From IMG/VR virus record IMGVR_UViG_3300007535_000003, positions 33,238 through 97,237 of that record: DNA of 64,000 bases, one strand, 5' to 3'. This document shows positions 51,201 to 58,556 of this stretch, one piece after another. Origin of the DNA: a virus. Each line of letters begins with the position of its first letter. Positions within the stretch are counted from its first letter, which is position 1. The position numbers and the translations under genes were made by a program. The notes beneath the pieces were generated by a model. That model worked only from the letters and a program-made list of their open reading frames with translations. It made no database searches and was not told the DNA's origin.

Positions 51201-54200
51201 ATTTTCATCTTTGTTCTTAGCAATAGCCACAGAATCTCTTACTAACTTGTTGTAAGTATCGTTATACTTACGCATCTTAGACTTATCTATCTTATTATCT
51301 TTAGTAACTAAATCGCTTTTAGCTAGTCTCTGTCCCCATTCTAACACATATCGCCTAGAAGCAGATTGTATCTCAGCGTCACCAAACCTAAATCTAAACT
51401 TATTTTTCCTATCATCAAAATAGGCATTAATAAACTTATTCTTATGCAGCCTGGTGCTTACTAGGAATTGAGTACGTACTAATTCATTATGATCATTTAA
51501 TCTATTATATAAGACTTCATAAGGAAAGTAATTCTCACTCTTAGACTTTAACCTCTCCAACATCTCTTCTACACTGTCTACATCATGTAAATCATTTAGT
51601 ACTTTATTCCATGTAGAAGTAAAGTCTACAAACTTAAACATATCTGTATAAGCATCTTTCTGCTTACTCTCAGGAAGAGTAAGTACCATCATCTTTATAT
51701 CAGACCTTATATTCTCCCTACCATCAAATTGGAATGGCGCTTTATTGTACTTTTCAAATTCTGATTGACCTCTACCACTAGTATACTCATTATCTAAATA
51801 GTCTTCTTTCTTCCTAGTAATATTTAGAGATGACAGATAGTCCTCAGCTAAAGATTGGAAATACTCAAAGTTGTCCAATATATCTTGATATAAGTCTATT
51901 AACCTATCAGCTTCAGCTATCTCTCCTTGAGCAAACTCTTTTTCTTCTTGGTTAGAAGCCTTTTCAACTTGTTCAGAGAAATATTCTTTATTATCTCTTA
52001 TTACATCTCTTTTTCTGGCTACATCCTGCTTTACCGTATCAAAGTCTATTTTCTCAACATCTTCTACTCTATGCACTTCATTGAGAGTTAGAGCTTTAAA
52101 TACTAAGTTTTTGGTAATAGTCCTTTGCAGATCAGAGCTATACCCTTGCGAATTAAGATACGCTGTAGCACCTTTGAATATAGGAGCTGCTTTAGATTTT
52201 TTAGGTCTTGCGTATTTAAATCTACCTTGTTCTACAGCCCTAAATACATTCTCTACATCTAAACTGGATAATTGAACATCTCCAGTAAATAGGGTATATA
52301 TTATATTCCAAAGCTCCTGAAAGAATCTTTTTATTGCGCTGGGTTCTTTAAACTTATCCTTGTTATCAGTAAGTACAAATTCCCTAAACCTTTCAGCTAA
52401 TCTCTCTTCAACCTCTAAATTAGAGGCTCTAGCCATATCATACTTTCTCCTGGCTTTATCGTACATCTCTCCCCTTTGCTCGGGAGTAAGCAATGATAAG
52501 GATACTCTGTGAAATGCCTCATGGAAAGCAGTACCATACTCAGCAGCTCTAGACAGTATAATCATATCAGATCTAGTCTGGCCAAATGCTTCTTCGCCAG
52601 AAGATATCACTTTAATTAAGCTGTCTACAACATGTACATTCTCTTTAGGCAATTTATTCCTAAGCCATTTTAGCTCTCTCTCTATATCTATTTTTTTATA
52701 TGTAGAAGGAGCTTGACTCCTAAGCCTAAAAGGACTTATTTCATTAGGATCGTCACCAGCATTTCTAGGCTTGTTTTGTCTTTCATTGTACTCATCTGAA
52801 ACATCTTTAGTATAGATATAGCCCATGTTAGTACCACCGAATACAGACTTGAACTGCTCCATTACAGCTTTAGCTACATCCTCATTAGTAACAGATTCCC
52901 TTTCAACTGCTTGAAGTTCTGATTTAGCGCTAGACTTAGTGAGTACCTGTATCTTCCTATTCTCATCCACCCTAAGCACAGGGTCGGTAAACATAGTCTT
53001 CTCTTTACCTTCCTCTATAATAGCATGCTTGGTAACTAACTCTGTATTAGCTGGTATATTCTTAAATTTCTCTACAGTGTCTACAGTTCTGTAGAATTTC
53101 TTAGACTTAGATTTAGGCTCTTGTTTAGACATTACAGTTTTAGATGCATCTTCAGACGTCTTTTCTTCAGATTTAGAATTAGTAGGAGTCACACTACCAG
53201 AAGTATCATTACCAGAGTTGGTAGGACTTATAGAGTTTATATCGTAGTGTATAGACGGTGCATGAAATATCGGCTTTTCAGCATCTGTCATTACTAATCT
53301 ATTATCTATAAGATATTCAGAGTAAGTAGTATCATTAGCTCTTACTTCTATATCCCCTAACTTAAACGATCTATCAAATGTCTTACCTAGTTTATTAATG
53401 CTAGCTACATAATTCTTGTTGGCCTTAGCCCACTCTACAAACTTATTAATATCATCTGAAGATATTTCGCTTATATCTGATTTACCTGTAAGATCTATAA
53501 TACCACTTTCTCCATAATGGAGCTTTCTTTCCTCTACATATAGTTGCTTACGCTTTAAATCAGTTTTAGTAGGATCTGTAACTTTGGTATATTTGATACC
53601 CTCCAATGCTAATATATTAATAGCTTCACCCGCTGTAAGATTTTCAACATTAGGTATATTAAGGGCTGTATTATAGCCACCTTTTAGATGCGCTGTAAGT
53701 ATAGCCTCTAATAGTATTCTAGAATGTTGATCAGATAACTTTGAAGGATTAAGTTTAAAAGGAAATTCCTTGCCATTTTGAGTAGCTTCTGTAATAAGGA
53801 ATACATTACCTGGATTACCTGTATATTCTGCAAAGCCCCCTTTACTAGAGTGCAACATACCAGAGTTATCAGCTATAGCTACTTCAGCTTCTTTAGCTGT
53901 AACAGGGAATACATCAGTTATTTTCTTATTACGTTTTTCTTTTGTCAAAGAGGCTGTTATAGGTCTACCCCGACCTTTCTGAAGGTTAGTAACAGAAGGC
54001 CTATTTCCTTTGAGTATCTCCCTAAGCACTCGAATCCTATTAGCCCTAGTCTTACTCATTATGTTCTCTTTATAGATTTCTGTTTGTTCTTTAGTAAGAT
54101 CACTAGGTACTACAAAGGCATCATAACTAGATACATGGGAATGTACAATAGCAACAGTATTACCTTTAGCGTTCTTTACAGTACCCTTTATAGGTATTTG

Positions 54201-57200
54201 ATCTGTAGGATTAAAGAAAGATTTAGGATTAGGCAGATTATCTTTTATAATACTGTTTATCTCTTCATCTGTAAATGTTTTCTTACTTTGTAAATACTCC
54301 TTAAGCTTTGTATTATCATTCCAAAATATCTTATAAGTAAAATCAATACTAAATTCTATAATATGATCTTTAAGGTTTGTAGTAGAAAAGTACCTATCTT
54401 CCTTATTGTAGAACTCATCAGGCTCTGTACCCCTTACTTGCTCATCCCCATAATAAGCTACCATTTGTGAAGGATCGTATACTTTAAGAGTATCTTCAGC
54501 TAAATGTCTACTAGCTTCATGCAGCTCTATAAAGGTTCTACCAGATTCTTCTGGTGTAACAGGCTCTAGTATCTCCTCGCTAGTTAGAACTTCTTCAGCT
54601 CTTTCCCTAGCTTTATCATCTATTAAACCCTGCTCAGTTTCGTTTCCGGTCTCAGATTCAGCTGCTCCTTCTGGTGCTTCCTCAACTCTCCCTTCAACGT
54701 CTGATAATTCTGCAGCGGACTTTGTAAGGTTAATTTCTTTCGGAGTTGCGGATCGAATAGCATTGCCAATTCGTTTAAGTTCATTTTGTAATTTCTCCTT
54801 TTTAATCTTAGTACCAAATCGTTTATTTTGTATCATGTTAGCCATTGCTTGGCTTAACTGGTCATTGTATATTTGAGCTACCTGTTTTCTAATACCAGCT
54901 TTCACCCAAGACGTATAGCCACCTTTATTATCTTTACCTTTGACATGTAATCTACCCTTACGATAATATACAGCATACTCTTCACCAGTTTCAGGTGATC
55001 TTACTATGACAAAGTCTTCATTAGCTTCTTTCATTGTTTGCATAGCTTGAAGCCTAGCAAACTCTATTGTAGCTATAGCTGCAGATAGCTCTTCAACAAG
55101 TACAGGATTCTTAAAGGTAACTGATCTATTATCACTATCACGCAGAGTAACACCACTAGGATTGCCCTTATTATCTTCCTCTATAGAATCTAGCCTATTA
55201 TTAGTAGGTATAGTGTATTCATTGCCTTCTATAGTAATAGTCCTACCATCTCCCCTAGTTCTTACATCAAATATGTAATTACCTAGTATAGTAACACCTA
55301 AATCTTTTGGTTTAGATGTACTATCTCTTGTAGCTATATCATATTCATTACCCCCTACATCTATGAATTTAGTATCACCACTATCCTTATCATAAGTAAG
55401 ATACCCTGTCTTACCATCATGTAAAGCTGGTAACATATCAGTACCACTAGCTTCAAATACTGTGGTTATAGGCTGGTTAGTTAAAGTATAATTAGCATAC
55501 CTATCTATAACATCCTGCTCAGCTTGAGCTTTAGTCCTAGGAGCTACTTTCGTAGTTTCCCCTATAGCTGCTTCACCAGTATAATATTCTTGTTGTTGTT
55601 CAGTCTCCCCAAATATAGTAGTCTTATACTCTTGGGTTTTATTATCTACATACTCTTCTACTGTTTGACCATACAATTCTGACTCAGGTACTCCTTCTAC
55701 GCCTCTTCCCTGCTTTTCTAAAACTGCTAACTCAGCATCATATTTAGCATTAATTTTATTAGGATGGTATTGATTCCAATAGTCGCTCAAAGATTCAACT
55801 TCACCATCTATTATTTTTTGAATTGCAGGTTGTAGTGATGCTCTTGCTCCATAATAGAACCCATACCCTCTATTAGTTAAGTCTACTGTAATTTCTTCAG
55901 CAGTCTTCCCTTTTTTAATTTGAGCAGCAATAATTTTATCAAGAAGCTCTAGTTCATTCTTAAGTCTGTCTCCCGTAAAGGTTTCTTCACTTTTATCTCT
56001 TGGTCTTTTAACTAATATACTCCCTTTAACAATTTCAGACTGCTTTAACTCTTCTTGCCTCCTTCTCTCAATTTCTTGTCTCTGTTCTTCAGTACCACGC
56101 CTTTCCTCTTCAGTATAGAGACCCTCAGCCATTGTAGCAGTACCTTTCTGCTCTTCCTCTACAGCTAATTCACCTAGTGTCTGTTCTACTTCTTCCTCTT
56201 GTTTCTTCTTTTCTTTCTCATCAGTATTTACTATAGTCTTAGCCCTATCAGCTAATTCAGCTGTATTTCTTAATAGCATCCTATACTCATCCTGCCTAAT
56301 CTCTTTATCAGCAGTAGCATCAAATAAATCACTATGGGCTTGTTTAATTTCTGGATCAGAACTGGTTACTAAGTCTTTTTCACTAAAATCAGATCTATCT
56401 AGCTTTTTATTGTACTCTGTCTCAGTATTTCTTATCTCCCTATTAAGCTTATTCCTAAACTTTTTAGCGAAGCTTTTAACATTAGGTATATCATGTTGTT
56501 CAGCTAAATCGAATGCTTCTAACTTTTCTTTAAGAGCATCTAACTTAAGCTTAGTACTAAGAACATCTATAAAATCCTTACCCAAATCTTCAGCAGTATT
56601 CCTAACTTCTCCTTCTGTTTGGTTTAAGTATTCTACCCTAGATTGCTCATCTCTTTTAGCTTGAGTATACTTTTTATTAAGATTGGCCATTTTAGAAGCT
56701 GCAGCTAATGCTTCTGACTCGCTTAATTTACTGAGATTCCTATTAGACTTATAATTCTTAAGTATCTTAGCACCAGCCTTAAAAGCAGCCTTTTCATCTT
56801 CTATCATCTCATTGGTAATACCATAGTCTTTGGCAAGTTTGGATCCCTTAATCCTATCCATTATATCAAGGAATCTTTTCGATCTATCCTGACCATATAT
56901 AAGGTTACTAGTCTTTTGTTTAGCACTCCTCTTACCGAGCCCCATAAACTTACCTAGTATCTGTTCCCTATAAGTATCTTTTTCAGCTTGAGATTCGAGA
57001 TCGAACATTTGCTCTACCTCTTTCTTAGTTCTAGCAGATGACAGTATATCCCTGAAATTAGCAATAGTAGATGAAGCTGCTGTAAAAGAACCACCCATTA
57101 AAGCACCTGTTCTAGTAGCTTCCCTAAACTCTTTACTATCAGCTAATTCTTGTTCGCCTAAACCTAGTATAGCATTTGTAGATCTGATTGATGCATCAAA

Positions 57201-58541
57201 ATATGTCTTTATATAATCTTTAACATCAGATATCTCCTCTAGAGTACCATCTTTATACGCTTCTTGCCATATAAACTGATTACCTTCTTCTATAGCCTCT
57301 GTATAAGCATTACATACAGTAGAACCTACACCTACAAAGGCTCTCCTCATAGCAGCAGAACCAAAGGCTTTGCTTATATTAGGGAACCAAGGTATAGCTA
57401 ATATAACTGTTTGAGCTATATCTTCTGACATTAAGCTCATATTAGCTTTCTTAAGGTCATCAAGGCCCTCATAAGCATTCATTCTAATAGCTCTAGCCTC
57501 CTCTTCATCAGGCTCTCTACCGTAAGTATTTATAAAATCTTGTTCCTCCTGAGCTAATTTCTCTTCATACGCTTGACCAGCTTCAGCCTCACTTTCATGC
57601 TCACGCATCTTAACCAAGGCAAACGCCCCAATACCTGCACCTACTACTGTACCTAGTGCCATACCCCATGGACCACCTAAACCTAAACCAGCTAAAGCTT
57701 TAGTAGCTATTGCGGGACCTAATGCTGCACCTAACTGCCACATCCAGTCAAAAGCTCCGCCAGCTAGTACTTCCCCAGATTCATATTTAAGAAAAGTACC
57801 AAAGCCATAGTCACTTGGTATGAATGGGTTACCAGTACCCTCATCGGCTATAGCAGCTGCTTTCTTAAGCTTATAAGGCAGCGATTGTTCAAACTCTCTT
57901 ATTTCTTCTTCTTTAGCCTGTATATCCCCCTGAAGTGATTCTACTTTAGTTAAAGCTAATTCCCTACTAGCTCTTAAATCCCTAAACTCTTCCATAGATA
58001 AATTATCAGAATCTTTTAGCTGTTCATCTATCTTATCTAGTTCATTCTGGGCGGTAGCTAGTTCATCAACAACCCTAGATTTTTTAAAAGAGTTATAATG
58101 TTCCCTAAATGAATCAGCCCAATTAGACCATCCACTCTGAAAGTTGGTTTGTATAACTCTAGGATCTGCGGAAGGTTGGTTTTTATAATCACCTTTGGCT
58201 ATGAACGGTAGATTTTGAGCTACTCTAATCTTAGCAAGCTCTTTAACTAATTCCCTATTTTGCTGTCTTTGAGCTTCAGCAATAGCAGTACCAATAGAAC
58301 TAGCTCCTTTGCCTACTTCAGGGCTATATGATAGTTCATCAGTACCTTCAGAACTAGAGTAGTAGTCGCTGTAGTCTACAGGGTAAGCACCTATATTATC
58401 AGCACTTACATTACTGCTAGCTGCTTTATTGCCTACAGCAAGATCTGTATCAATATCAGTATTAATATCAACCTGGTCACCACCAGGTGTATTATAATTC
58501 ATATCGCTTAAGTAAGCTTTATATTCAGGGTTATTAGCCAT
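36258..58541 (-). CDS. giant virion-associated RNA polymerase polyprotein (crAss-like), 7427 aa
   Basis: GYRVPTQG and GSDFDIDKLF two-barrel RNAP catalytic motif (~48357-48377); three HExxH motifs; several accessory domains. Confidence 0.9.
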   Translation of the reverse strand: MANNPEYKAYLSDMNYNTPGGDQVDINTDIDTDLAVGNKAASSNVSADNIGAYPVDYSDYYSSSEGTDELSYSPEVGKGASSIGTAIAEAQRQQNRELVKELAKIRVAQNLPFIAKGDYKNQPSADPRVIQTNFQSGWSNWADSFREHYNSFKKSRVVDELATAQNELDKIDEQLKDSDNLSMEEFRDLRASRELALTKVESLQGDIQAKEEEIREFEQSLPYKLKKAAAIADEGTGNPFIPSDYGFGTFLKYESGEVLAGGAFDWMWQLGAALGPAIATKALAGLGLGGPWGMALGTVVGAGIGAFALVKMREHESEAEAGQAYEEKLAQEEQDFINTYGREPDEEEARAIRMNAYEGLDDLKKANMSLMSEDIAQTVILAIPWFPNISKAFGSAAMRRAFVGVGSTVCNAYTEAIEEGNQFIWQEAYKDGTLEEISDVKDYIKTYFDASIRSTNAILGLGEQELADSKEFREATRTGALMGGSFTAASSTIANFRDILSSARTKKEVEQMFDLESQAEKDTYREQILGKFMGLGKRSAKQKTSNLIYGQDRSKRFLDIMDRIKGSKLAKDYGITNEMIEDEKAAFKAGAKILKNYKSNRNLSKLSESEALAAASKMANLNKKYTQAKRDEQSRVEYLNQTEGEVRNTAEDLGKDFIDVLSTKLKLDALKEKLEAFDLAEQHDIPNVKSFAKKFRNKLNREIRNTETEYNKKLDRSDFSEKDLVTSSDPEIKQAHSDLFDATADKEIRQDEYRMLLRNTAELADRAKTIVNTDEKEKKKQEEEVEQTLGELAVEEEQKGTATMAEGLYTEEERRGTEEQRQEIERRRQEELKQSEIVKGSILVKRPRDKSEETFTGDRLKNELELLDKIIAAQIKKGKTAEEITVDLTNRGYGFYYGARASLQPAIQKIIDGEVESLSDYWNQYHPNKINAKYDAELAVLEKQGRGVEGVPESELYGQTVEEYVDNKTQEYKTTIFGETEQQQEYYTGEAAIGETTKVAPRTKAQAEQDVIDRYANYTLTNQPITTVFEASGTDMLPALHDGKTGYLTYDKDSGDTKFIDVGGNEYDIATRDSTSKPKDLGVTILGNYIFDVRTRGDGRTITIEGNEYTIPTNNRLDSIEEDNKGNPSGVTLRDSDNRSVTFKNPVLVEELSAAIATIEFARLQAMQTMKEANEDFVIVRSPETGEEYAVYYRKGRLHVKGKDNKGGYTSWVKAGIRKQVAQIYNDQLSQAMANMIQNKRFGTKIKKEKLQNELKRIGNAIRSATPKEINLTKSAAELSDVEGRVEEAPEGAAESETGNETEQGLIDDKARERAEEVLTSEEILEPVTPEESGRTFIELHEASRHLAEDTLKVYDPSQMVAYYGDEQVRGTEPDEFYNKEDRYFSTTNLKDHIIEFSIDFTYKIFWNDNTKLKEYLQSKKTFTDEEINSIIKDNLPNPKSFFNPTDQIPIKGTVKNAKGNTVAIVHSHVSSYDAFVVPSDLTKEQTEIYKENIMSKTRANRIRVLREILKGNRPSVTNLQKGRGRPITASLTKEKRNKKITDVFPVTAKEAEVAIADNSGMLHSSKGGFAEYTGNPGNVFLITEATQNGKEFPFKLNPSKLSDQHSRILLEAILTAHLKGGYNTALNIPNVENLTAGEAINILALEGIKYTKVTDPTKTDLKRKQLYVEERKLHYGESGIIDLTGKSDISEISSDDINKFVEWAKANKNYVASINKLGKTFDRSFKLGDIEVRANDTTYSEYLIDNRLVMTDAEKPIFHAPSIHYDINSISPTNSGNDTSGSVTPTNSKSEEKTSEDASKTVMSKQEPKSKSKKFYRTVDTVEKFKNIPANTELVTKHAIIEEGKEKTMFTDPVLRVDENRKIQVLTKSSAKSELQAVERESVTNEDVAKAVMEQFKSVFGGTNMGYIYTKDVSDEYNERQNKPRNAGDDPNEISPFRLRSQAPSTYKKIDIERELKWLRNKLPKENVHVVDSLIKVISSGEEAFGQTRSDMIILSRAAEYGTAFHEAFHRVSLSLLTPEQRGEMYDKARRKYDMARASNLEVEERLAERFREFVLTDNKDKFKEPSAIKRFFQELWNIIYTLFTGDVQLSSLDVENVFRAVEQGRFKYARPKKSKAAPIFKGATAYLNSQGYSSDLQRTITKNLVFKALTLNEVHRVEDVEKIDFDTVKQDVARKRDVIRDNKEYFSEQVEKASNQEEKEFAQGEIAEADRLIDLYQDILDNFEYFQSLAEDYLSSLNITRKKEDYLDNEYTSGRGQSEFEKYNKAPFQFDGRENIRSDIKMMVLTLPESKQKDAYTDMFKFVDFTSTWNKVLNDLHDVDSVEEMLERLKSKSENYFPYEVLYNRLNDHNELVRTQFLVSTRLHKNKFINAYFDDRKNKFRFRFGDAEIQSASRRYVLEWGQRLAKSDLVTKDNKIDKSKMRKYNDTYNKLVRDSVAIAKNKDENQLGKLLRSLSSLLNSINIPTDEDLLLYVLDQDDTSGRYGAAMNLLNRLKGLFERSGTLYQASLDNFPTKANGDRYDTSELFLNESIARDLGQYFAEYSPENLSSTILGPQGNAHFKYMLNSFTTDFIRKLKKDPEALQLHRSAVFNKNSYILKRISEDANARAKFKLDTFSAFVREYLDQGRSYEGMNPMEDLIARLHSTKHGKLPLPTLADRSSFYYFSGIEPVDFSFTLNNKGETIIPYDSEIIRIIEGYILDEQNRIEQTKEQIEEALKTGETTHLVEDYHYKLDNIKPRSGFVYKQIGRALYKVFKDNQGNYLGDGTKFHEFTSLNKKRAKDIKQDAMNIVVSNILDTIKLASEYGIIDTKVEGKKVTIQGNKYLDSTLVDNIAKERYGGNTNHAIKDIIATYAVNNLVSTIETDKVLLGDPAFFSTDVNKVKRSSVLGSTGENLRTDFPSGHRLANETEYNSITLDTNIVSSVYYPQLKNNYMNLLLEQGYSSVEADRLSTNKLNNYKKVDQTDAQVFISPEMYKSIKERLGEWHIEDDQALADLQGERGEFDTNPLPPLKLVYFGPSYERGMAVPTYDKMSMAVLTRDIVKDTELEELLDRMELKGDYAPGGTFNLNGDLQKIHQVKFDTATKVGNRDRFEFYADAEHEDINSLDKAAVYSQKFEFLRRQIMTDPHEETEIALGTQVKKVPMYNVNKAGIYSLQGKDVTGKEILNTINKSLGRLSTIGARKLLTGMGINPSTGVVENELKLLEVLREDAVRSNSPNNIVDALTPDANGNYPEFDSLPNRKWIENRVVSLINKNIIDLLIPGKPFIQVSNFGRRLKSTEGLDKYKDKITWLQEAKEDLKYYRIGKGGNIISMDAVVSVDLYKDAIPNYKNLTFEQKKKFLKNNPQALGYRVPTQGPNSVSSLNIVGFLPENYKDAVILPAEFTTLTGSDFDIDKLFVFRENYELDKDGNPILVPYLTDSQDKPGKVNNFEQRIYKYAREEGVAKEIEDVRKLYTREIKRILQSRELSKEELDYLQSEFRDALDRYQGVYLEAVEEDIADRKEAIDTVHSMIQDLNQGIKDVKDSIKKKSDELVEKWVKEHREEFAQRSILEQNTPAAIENILIASYRSILLDSKHAVQTYTPLDTYTDRLKKIASEVKTETELPDNYSLTPRFQADSKRRYIEGKNLIGSFALNNVHHIVGQIADLYIDTDLGIPQTKEAAELEKTPDDMLKEAFSTAYELMGEFNLNGVLPEQYQDYIKEVPATEKSRYIEKLKKTKVNGIPANKLIEAAKLPNALQTTPIPYKDIASYKSIIDSYNSKVLDKWVSMKMPLPDVTFEEAHWISNNEETVNKIIEASTKEVGGGIKIEEGLQETAMSMLYDSDAIETIDTEQTTLFDVEIPGESVLRGTLEGEEASYKFDFYRFVKDYISGERTVKVSLSKIISGGQTGADQGGLVAALNLGIETGGTAPQGFITEKGKDESLSSKYGLVEGEYDPKIYPKRTRKNIENSDGTLLVGNTTSPGTKLTVNLAKKLNKPYIVNPSSRELAKWIADNNIKVLNVAGNRESVKPGIQKQTADLIEKALQEGYKVGQKFTPTNTTNVAGTDIKPSVTMPMNFKDGQGGRKMRPEFRGKSTMDLIISGDRTATSRSPEARKHVKKGDVVKFTDTEGRSVLVRATTDEYSLDKITPEEWSKVEGWSEEEYSRLEGKGYVQFQYEKITKIEKTTTGTTNLAVHKGVDGEYVSDWMSAAISALVDIGKDPYIFDVNVNNTTQNVANLLLRSGLGDRTFYFLAQPILKDLAYYDSLTDKSGSGIAAINTAAVSVVRGIYKKRMKEEFEKLKKQGVEKFETESTGKPFNFTRLRKDASGKHANDFEYYARQLEILGKYQELKGYGAALTEAVMASRIDTAQYGKNLVEARIYENKYNKVLRDNVIKNFKKSFTDTFLGEYMNNVLPALHTILKNRTITSTDGFDYIHNQVLKFTGTMYTSDNRLMKDVVNYSANEIYSAIVSRFFSDPEYMGYDSASVNKLLKGNNSVARRVYNVKFSPNKYQDLKKNKLLDMLSPRLAENESDYDKLATNTIDIAEKWDKDEVTKGWKELLSYPNDAVRRLGKDLVAYAFFTSGFNGTLNSFFEYIPFQYLRDVGFSDYISWQIQDLNHEENFSSIAAEVLDEFFKHSWFNDNIVPEVQDAALYNTVGWGNRESALITVDSEKNELWVGSNSHGTPVYKPFIKRLWGDEVYLYEYIGYNAVKDPVYRLTDRRGYSSRGHKVKEYGLKDTLFEENKANLASSKDKPRNTLFDANGIRSISKSGKKIYEDFTEVSKADNLAVFYSKESLQDTITPEEDVDKTAKSMGAKGESLTTKKLPKGKADHTVSTIQKAFPNLNEEEATLLKSMISSGEVTDAYDKNQYKAPNDNISNLFSELESTYDFNTALRTYLHTRTSEFKEWFGDWVNDPKNSSKAVDVNGEPEVLWHGSTEQFSGTSDKAAFYATPNINFARRYGKSSAERTGVSEENIQTRPLFLNMRNPRKFSSEEVEYDTVANIGTEDVKTWKAWGNDGIIYIEEQAFTSDGTYEEYVTFDSDNIYFVDDYGRTNRLQESEITTEAAMSLSSMIEEYNQNIEIYEEAIRRIKSDYGAGMMVPSEAFAALPEIAEILRSYDYSSLGMYFEGNRKLATYDVDDLIEDLQDGKISQDYFTRMTGLTPVDPIAKIAKKEYSNAISLLESRIRYYRNQVDKLVAETEDRISQLNSIQIRDTIFDGKIEDTHVPKVVKKLRDNYDTFFHSNKYRVWLDLIEKTDAVITTQFDSEGHSNAYMYYDPNKNTIHISMERLDSSMFSYFGVSMIHEGMHSLTVRSLLEPTTKTEREFHDKIRRYWQEALRRLPNSKSYGLKNPLEFVSEIIANPNFVRELQTTSPSLWDKIVALFTDLFRAISGKKLVNSATEEILTFSEYIINRRLDRTITVEDLPSSEQRAPRVKEGVDAVFQQNPDLANKVYEALGFKSEPDVILPIGTSGSGKSTFIKSLPQENLVVIEPDAMRVEFTGDINDKSKDKEIYEEAAKRAVAAIKQGKQVVFDTTNLTKDKRLPFIEAIKKEIPTANVQYKLMDLNPELAKQRIKAQIARGENRANVPDSTIDRHAESYKQMLEDIKSESISNFEVTPQQKQQALEAYSQYLNTIFSSSTTREIYQHSSSHPNMKEVGFEKGHGRTSDAFFFDKVGKEPYVGKSIVYALLDIKNPFSYKDLRAVKNFIDSKYGEGTVSDIEKGMDIERRGYIDNISNEKAKQNYLGLLDIYDPNTGGGQFIKNKQIGELEKYGNFDSIIAEGYPAVFNPDQIHILGSEQDIQGFREFVKNEPSYEQRAGRVRIQPQDKRFFTRKSVEDHLIAQDGIAGKRYQDKIWVKADSEGSNNYAKALKLVNAINSNNPGLLKLLKKQDASRQAGRDVYTVEIDNFALKRNQQEIDEMRRQANEDLISLDQYEQRYDLKDVVMEPSEENKESLEHILRISSGESIQYKVSDGEGKIGDVLLEREGNNLRVRWIKFDRRRGEGLAKKVYRKLNSIALKNNGNLISDKKQRLNIVTRNIWESLVNNSEAETTQEGSYRMTVNTNDLGTDILDKENRADFERKKDIMLNTFPYVQDVAEDYSIEQKGLLEQNGRVIRVNPNKWTTDTIGHEFGHLLIDLMGGLENPLVKKALKELEGSSIEQEVYNTYSDLVGVDDITLKKEVLATAIGRDTADIFNNIKDNEQRLQKASRWERVLMRIFDRIKQLLHIEKSAVRKLAKKVVSQKPTEAAEETLVDSYEQRVDRELTAEEKKNIAMIRGIVSAQGAIDSNITRADKLKDKVLERLETKISLYKNRGKREQVAKLSEEYEKMKEDSPIVALARFASVAGKHTKHIYDRYWSLKDRIDKGEVTNKELAELFRQWYDYLVAFDTLEEMKEEYLKFTKQSEIQEQFSGIRDFLTSTIEMKNSIKSLYTRDSSEILVNALSEFDTRAYEEFKLEKEKEWRQWSKEDKKAKPLAQFLDEEVKQNEDLIKQNIRNSLRNEIEKAKYDIPFLARWADSVLDSNDEVVASAVKAFMIQHNKSRDESIDVRDEVVELTRELEKKQGYTTISSPESLYDFMLEKTQSFIISGDVAFRVGRTIYISEKGANNFKEAVVTKSEDYGNWVRYTSGGKEFLLEPNLYEYKSHNSKYTQHYVSEFHSEFHSQLDLIKEIAFGRDYSGVNPKKAARARGKEINRWKNNNTNFDTNKYRKDKALFYDTLVEQGILSEETKTELIDNDYSPGDFKRDITDILEDNETAISEILKWIRENEWEYRTPIDMWKNPEWEKLTNIKSKNPDDPRVKYYEYIVNKNAEIDMRLPYKYRLGTRLPGVSKTFVERLRSGYNIGKALKGTGRKAFTRRPEDIQKGETVGTGKTEKQRSEILKLQDENGNERMFLPIFYSSNINESEQSYDLASLYNMRFTMGIDYKYKSEILPFMELTQFHLNNRKLRLVAKGNPIKNALRSLRGKEVTKEKGSYIAEQFEDWMKHAMYGKSMEQMGEFSVFGQSVDTTKVIQNINKYSAYNLLGLNLVQGIANWGLGQVMQRVEAFAGEYTNMKDYERAGIIFKTNLPGIFNDIGSRAPTNKLSRLEEWWDILHDYGNDPRMRKHNKFRQLMTSNLAFFQSHMGEYMMQVRFAVSMALSQKIYDKDGNIMKRSNGRDMTLYHAIEVDKETGKIKLNDRVEKESDWTRDEALQFGNKIKRVLSRMHGEYSKEGSNAIQRHALGQAGMMFRKFVVPGFKRRWEHSRLKDENGNYKFKYNELLESSVEGAYISFLRIMPKIIWDLMRFKADMARAHWKGVTAVERANIRRTLGDHIFLAAFIIIGWAALKGLKEADDDREEYMYQTIAFHALRLRSELLFFYSPGEFQRILRSPAASLAIIENLINFFSEFADPGQSIFDEIEKGPLKGNPRYAKHLNNMLPFWKQYYRLTDMGSMLAWFR

Positions 58542-58556
58542 AAAAAAGTTTATTCG

